This document shows positions 59,761 through 64,000 of a DNA stretch of 64,000 bases, one piece after another (position 1 is the stretch's first letter; each line of letters begins with the position of its first letter). The position numbers and the translations under genes were made by a program. The DNA comes from a virus (lineage: Duplodnaviria; Caudoviricetes). The notes beneath the pieces were generated by a model. That model made no database searches. It worked only from the letters and a program-made list of their open reading frames with translations, and had not been told where the DNA came from. Location: positions 69,200-133,199 of the IMG/VR virus record IMGVR_UViG_3300033463_005840; one strand, 5' to 3'.

Positions 59761-62456
59761 AAACTCTTAAATGTTTCTTTTAAATAAGTTAGGTCTTGCA
59801 TTACTGTATTTTTGATATTTTTAATCTTACAAATTAATTCTTCTTTTTTCAATAATTTTTCATTCAAAATTTCCGTTGTTTTTTCTTTGTCTAATTTACT
59901 AAGCCTTTTAACCGGCAAATTTAATATTATATCGGCTTGTTCTTTAAATATCTGCATTTTTTCCATTAAAATTTTTTCAGTATCATCTTGTTTTAACGCT
60001 TCAAAAATTATAGGCAAAGATTCGGCAGCTTTCAACAACAATTTTTGATATTCAATCTCCTTATCCTTTTCTTCAATAAGATTTGTAAGATATTTTCTCT
60101 CCAGATAAATTCGGAATTTCACCCAATTCTTTAAAATGCTGATTATGTTCGCCTCACTGTGATTAGCGTTTATCGCTTCCTTATCTTTAATAAGTCTGTT
60201 TAAAATATCGGTGTTAGCATGATACTTTGTCTCCAATGCTTTTAAGACTCGCTCTTTGTCTTCAATAAGATTAGTTTTTAATTGAATAACAATTTTAATA
60301 TTACCGGCACCTTCATCTGTGCAAGATTTAACTTCTTGCATATCATTAAGCTTTTCCAGCATATTTGAGTAATTAAAATTATCAGGTATCCCTGTTATTA
60401 TCAGTGCCGTTTTACCGTCTCTTTTAGCCTCTTCAATTCTCGGCATAAAAATTAATTGGCCGGACCCGGTTTTTAAATACTCATTAAAGGGTTCTTTGTT
60501 TGTAATGTCCAGTCCCTTATATAAATGAGCAAGTCTTAAATTATCCGTATTAAGATTATCAGTCTTTATGTAATCAATAAGACAGTCAATAACCGAGTTT
60601 AACTCAAACACCGGAATATTAACCTTAGTGCCGACCGCTATCCCTGATGCCCCTAAAAGTAAAATCGTAGGAAGTCTGGCAGGTAAATAAAGCGGTTCTT
60701 TTTCCGTGCCGTCATAATTATCGACGTAGGGAATTACTTTAAGATAATCTTTATCTAATAAAACAGTCTCGGCAAATTTTGATAGTTTGCACTCTGTATT
60801 ATGTACTAAACAGCCATTCCCTATTGAAAAAGCATGACCTTTAGGGACATTCAAATCATAAACCTGCCTTACTCCTGCATCCTCGCGAGAAACAAGTTTA
60901 ACAAACTTGAAATTTTCAAGATTTTGTGCGTACTGTATAACACTTTCATCTTTTATAAAAGATTTAAAAATCTTCACAAAGAAATTAAATTCAGTATAGT
61001 GTTTAATCCTCTTTTTCTTTTTTAAATGTTCTAACAAAAACTGTAGTCTTGGTTCTTCTTTAATTTCATTAATTAATCTATTAACTATCTCTTTATCAGC
61101 ATAATCCTCTTTTACGCAAGTTTTCCATGAATCTTTCGTAAATAAAATAATCTTTTTTCTTTCAGAGAAAAAATTAATTTGTTCACCAAATCTTAAAACC
61201 ATATCTTTTCCGACTATATGTAAACAATAAAGGCCTTTGGAAATGTATGTAGACGAGAAAATACCAAAATAGCTCTGTAAAATATTTCGAATATCCTCTA
61301 CTAAGTTCTTAGATTTTGTGACATAGCATACTATATTTTTATTCTTAGGATGACTTCCATCCCCTTCAAAAAGAATCCTTAAAAACTCTGCAACTTCTTT
61401 TTTGCTAGATGTGAAGACAAAATCTGGAACCCTTTTATCAGCAGCTTTACCAAATGCTTGCAATCCCAAACGATTTAAAAAACGGCATATATGACCTGAC
61501 GCAATATTTAATTGACAAAAAGGTTTCTTTGCATACCCGAAAGGCTTCCTATATCTATAATTTACTTTTACTCCAGGAAACACTTTGATAAAACATTTTT
61601 CTAAGTATTTTAAATACTCCATATCAGTATTAGCTATTTCTAACTTATTTGTAGTTATATAGCCCTCAGCTACTATAGCACCACATATAGCACACAATTC
61701 TTTAGAAGAAGTCGTAGGTAAATTAAACTTAGTTCTACATCCTTTCCCGGAAACCTCACCAATGTTTAATGACTTATTCTCTGGTATATTTTCCACAGGT
61801 ATAAAAGGTTTTCTAATAAGACAAATCTTATCGGTATTTTTGATGCTTTCTGCAGTTCTCCAACAGAAATTTTTATTCTCATCAAAAACATAAAAAGGCT
61901 GATTAGGCGTACATATAACTTCTGAAGAATTAGAAAATTTTAATTTTAATGTATTATGTTCACCACTATTTAGCCAATAAGATGCCTTTTCAGTACAATC
62001 AAAAGAGTTAACATCAAAGGCAACTTCTTCCTTTAAATTTCCTTTATCAAAGGAATCTAATCTTAGTAGGCCTTCTGATGTCATAATTCGAGTATCTCCG
62101 GAAAAACAATAGCGTGATGCTGCAGCTGGGGAACCATCATAGTTGCCCCAATTTCCTTGACCGTCAACCAGATAATACTTTTTATTAGCTTGAGAAAGAT
62201 TGACAATCGCAGGATAACAATCTCCGTGCGGATGATATTTACCCATAACATCACCAGCAACCTTGGCTGACTTTTTATAAGCGAGATTATGAAACAGACC
62301 AATCTTATACATCGCCCAAAGAATCTTTCGTTGGACTGGTTTAAGACCGTCTTTAAATTCCGGTACTGCTCTATCCTCCACTACCTCTTTGGTATAGGCT
62401 TTGATAGAATCATAAACAAAATCTTTTAACTCTATTGATGGGTTTTCGTTAAGCAT
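59757..62456 (-). CDS. gyrA: Type IIA topoisomerase subunit A with intein, no CTD
   Basis: DGLKPVQR, YHPHGD, GQGNWG, AASRY|TE, NYDG..EP..LP. Confidence 0.92.
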   Translation of the reverse strand: MLNENPSIELKDFVYDSIKAYTKEVVEDRAVPEFKDGLKPVQRKILWAMYKIGLFHNLAYKKSAKVAGDVMGKYHPHGDCYPAIVNLSQANKKYYLVDGQGNWGNYDGSPAAASRYCFSGDTRIMTSEGLLRLDSFDKGNLKEEVAFDVNSFDCTEKASYWLNSGEHNTLKLKFSNSSEVICTPNQPFYVFDENKNFCWRTAESIKNTDKICLIRKPFIPVENIPENKSLNIGEVSGKGCRTKFNLPTTSSKELCAICGAIVAEGYITTNKLEIANTDMEYLKYLEKCFIKVFPGVKVNYRYRKPFGYAKKPFCQLNIASGHICRFLNRLGLQAFGKAADKRVPDFVFTSSKKEVAEFLRILFEGDGSHPKNKNIVCYVTKSKNLVEDIRNILQSYFGIFSSTYISKGLYCLHIVGKDMVLRFGEQINFFSERKKIILFTKDSWKTCVKEDYADKEIVNRLINEIKEEPRLQFLLEHLKKKKRIKHYTEFNFFVKIFKSFIKDESVIQYAQNLENFKFVKLVSREDAGVRQVYDLNVPKGHAFSIGNGCLVHNTECKLSKFAETVLLDKDYLKVIPYVDNYDGTEKEPLYLPARLPTILLLGASGIAVGTKVNIPVFELNSVIDCLIDYIKTDNLNTDNLRLAHLYKGLDITNKEPFNEYLKTGSGQLIFMPRIEEAKRDGKTALIITGIPDNFNYSNMLEKLNDMQEVKSCTDEGAGNIKIVIQLKTNLIEDKERVLKALETKYHANTDILNRLIKDKEAINANHSEANIISILKNWVKFRIYLERKYLTNLIEEKDKEIEYQKLLLKAAESLPIIFEALKQDDTEKILMEKMQIFKEQADIILNLPVKRLSKLDKEKTTEILNEKLLKKEELICKIKNIKNTVMQDLTYLKETFKSL
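60798..62108 (-). mobile_element. LAGLIDADG intein (437 aa) after the catalytic Tyr
   Basis: CFSGDT..GAIVAEG..LFEGDG..VYDL..VHN|T. Confidence 0.95.
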
Positions 62457-63288
62457 CTTTGATTCTCAAATATAAACTTTCCAAAACATATGTGTTATTG
62501 CTATTGCCAATTACTCTTCTAAAAGAAGAATTACCACTGTTTAAAAGGTAGTGTTTAGTATATAAGTCTTCTGGAATATTTGCAATATTATTTTCTTTAC
62601 CGGCAATACCATCAAAAGATAGGAAGTAATCGCATGGACATTTTCTTAGATAATCCCACAACTGATTATAATCTATTGTTCCGTAATACATACCCTTAGT
62701 TTTAGCGTAAGGTGGGTCGAGATACATAAAATCCTTTTCACTGGGATTTATTTCTTTATAGTCGGAAGATGTAAAAGATACATTAAAGGCGTTTAACTTA
62801 TAAGACCAATCTTCTAAAATGGGTTTTAGTTTATTTGGTAATATCCCGTTTCGTGTAACATGGAAGGAATTATTAAAGTCACCCTCTTTATTATATCTTG
62901 GCATACCATTGGTTGTTGTTCTCATAATGAAGAAAAACAAACTAGGATTATGAGATTTATTAAATCTTTCTCTAATAAGGGCAAAAATGTCCTTCTTTCT
63001 TTCAAGGTCAGAATCTTTATTTAATTCTTTCCATAAAGTTGAATAGCTGTTTAAAATTTCGTTTGGTTTTGTTTTAATTAAGATGAAAGTATCTATAAGA
63101 GATTTGTTAATATCATTACAGATAAAACGCTTGAATGTATCTGGACAATTATTCAATATATAAAACAAGACAGAACAACCACCACAAAAAGACTCGTAAT
63201 AAGTTTCATACTTTTTAGTTATTAATGAAGCAATCTTTTCCGCCTGACTTCTTTTTGAACCGCTCCATTTTATAATAGGATTAAGCAT
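62449..63288 (-). CDS. dam: Dam-like DNA adenine methyltransferase
   Basis: IKWSGSK, ESFCGG, NDIN, YLDPPY. Confidence 0.85.
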   Translation of the reverse strand: MLNPIIKWSGSKRSQAEKIASLITKKYETYYESFCGGCSVLFYILNNCPDTFKRFICNDINKSLIDTFILIKTKPNEILNSYSTLWKELNKDSDLERKKDIFALIRERFNKSHNPSLFFFIMRTTTNGMPRYNKEGDFNNSFHVTRNGILPNKLKPILEDWSYKLNAFNVSFTSSDYKEINPSEKDFMYLDPPYAKTKGMYYGTIDYNQLWDYLRKCPCDYFLSFDGIAGKENNIANIPEDLYTKHYLLNSGNSSFRRVIGNSNNTYVLESLYLRIKDA

Positions 63289-63958
63289 TTTGGATTCTCT
63301 CTTTAGCTTTCTCAAACGTGTCTTTATCTATCTCAATTCCTATAAAGTTTCTGTTTAATTCTTTGCAAACAACTCCTGTTGTGCCGCTTCCCATAAAAGG
63401 GTCTAAAATAATGCAATCTTTATCCTCCTTCACAAAATTTTTTATAATAGTTCTGATTAATTCTTTCGGGAATCCTGCTTTAATTAAATTATTTCTTTCC
63501 CTCTTTATACTCCAGATATTTGATAAAGACCCTCTTTCAAAGTTAGCAAAATCAAAACTTCTATTAAAGGGTTTTGAATTTTGAAAAATAAAAATAAATT
63601 CAAACTGACTGTTTAATGTTCCGTTGTGCATTGCTGGTATTCCAGTAATTTTATCCCAAATAATTATTTCTTTAATCTTTTCGGCATATTTTCCTATGAG
63701 TTTAAATAATGCGATTTTATTACCAGTAATCATTTGAGTATTATAAAACATTAAATCAGTTACTTGTAATGCTTTACTAATAAATTCATCTTGAAACTTA
63801 AAATATTCATCCATCGGTAAATCATCTTTATAATTTTCATACTTAGTTGAAAATTCTTCTTTATGATTGCTGTTAGAGCATCTGGAAATGTATTTCCCAT
63901 TTAAGATTCTTAAATTCATATTATATGGCGGTGATGTTATAATGGCATCCACTTTTAC
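63281..63958 (-). CDS. Beta-class N4/N6 DNA methyltransferase (5' truncated)
   Basis: TSPPY, DPFMGSGTT, GIEID. Confidence 0.88.
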   Translation of the reverse strand, partial: VKVDAIITSPPYNMNLRILNGKYISRCSNSNHKEEFSTKYENYKDDLPMDEYFKFQDEFISKALQVTDLMFYNTQMITGNKIALFKLIGKYAEKIKEIIIWDKITGIPAMHNGTLNSQFEFIFIFQNSKPFNRSFDFANFERGSLSNIWSIKRERNNLIKAGFPKELIRTIIKNFVKEDKDCIILDPFMGSGTTGVVCKELNRNFIGIEIDKDTFEKAKERIQNA

Positions 63959-64000
63959 GGGCGCGGCGGGGGGGGGGGGGGCGGGGGGTGGGTGGGGGGT

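Noticed and set aside
3211-63584. Short overlapping or antisense ORFs in the track (e.g. 4596-5126, 10139-10765, 58718-59209)
   Set aside because: Shadows of longer motif-bearing genes with no recognisable motifs.
63959-64000. G-rich tail as phase-variable tract or G-quadruplex
   Set aside because: Abrupt noisy poly-G at the sequence end interrupting an MTase; typical two-colour sequencing artefact.
1-64000. Stop-codon recoding; tRNA or rRNA genes
   Set aside because: Genes are full-length and densely packed in code 11; no cloverleaf or rRNA recognised by eye.

Overview
AT-rich (roughly 30% GC) segment of a large contractile-tailed phage genome, read in the standard genetic code. It carries a terminase, baseplate and tail genes, and replication/nucleotide genes (DnaB, SF2 helicase, SbcC, 5'-3' exonuclease, clamp, GyrA, ThyX, dUTPase, dNMP kinase). 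It also has a putative phage sigma factor with about 12 copies of a TATATATTTA(T/C)A promoter motif, and a GapR gene that suggests an alphaproteobacterial host. Mobile load: four inteins at catalytic motifs, two HNH genes, an IS1595 with exact ends carrying a toxin-antitoxin pair and a Type IIG R-M gene, a tnpB element that precisely splits a small gene, and solo IS200/IS605 end hairpins. The most novel signals are: (1) a zinc-finger-less TnpB-like gene flanked by outward-facing repeats, each followed by a spacer-like sequence matching another locus in the window (a structural gene start and the second tnpB); (2) a family of acidic or anti-restriction proteins, including ArdA, sharing a basic, apparently cleavable leader; (3) five receptor-binding paralogs, one frameshifted at a G10 tract; (4) two structured small-RNA candidates. 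All functional calls come from motif recognition, not database searches.
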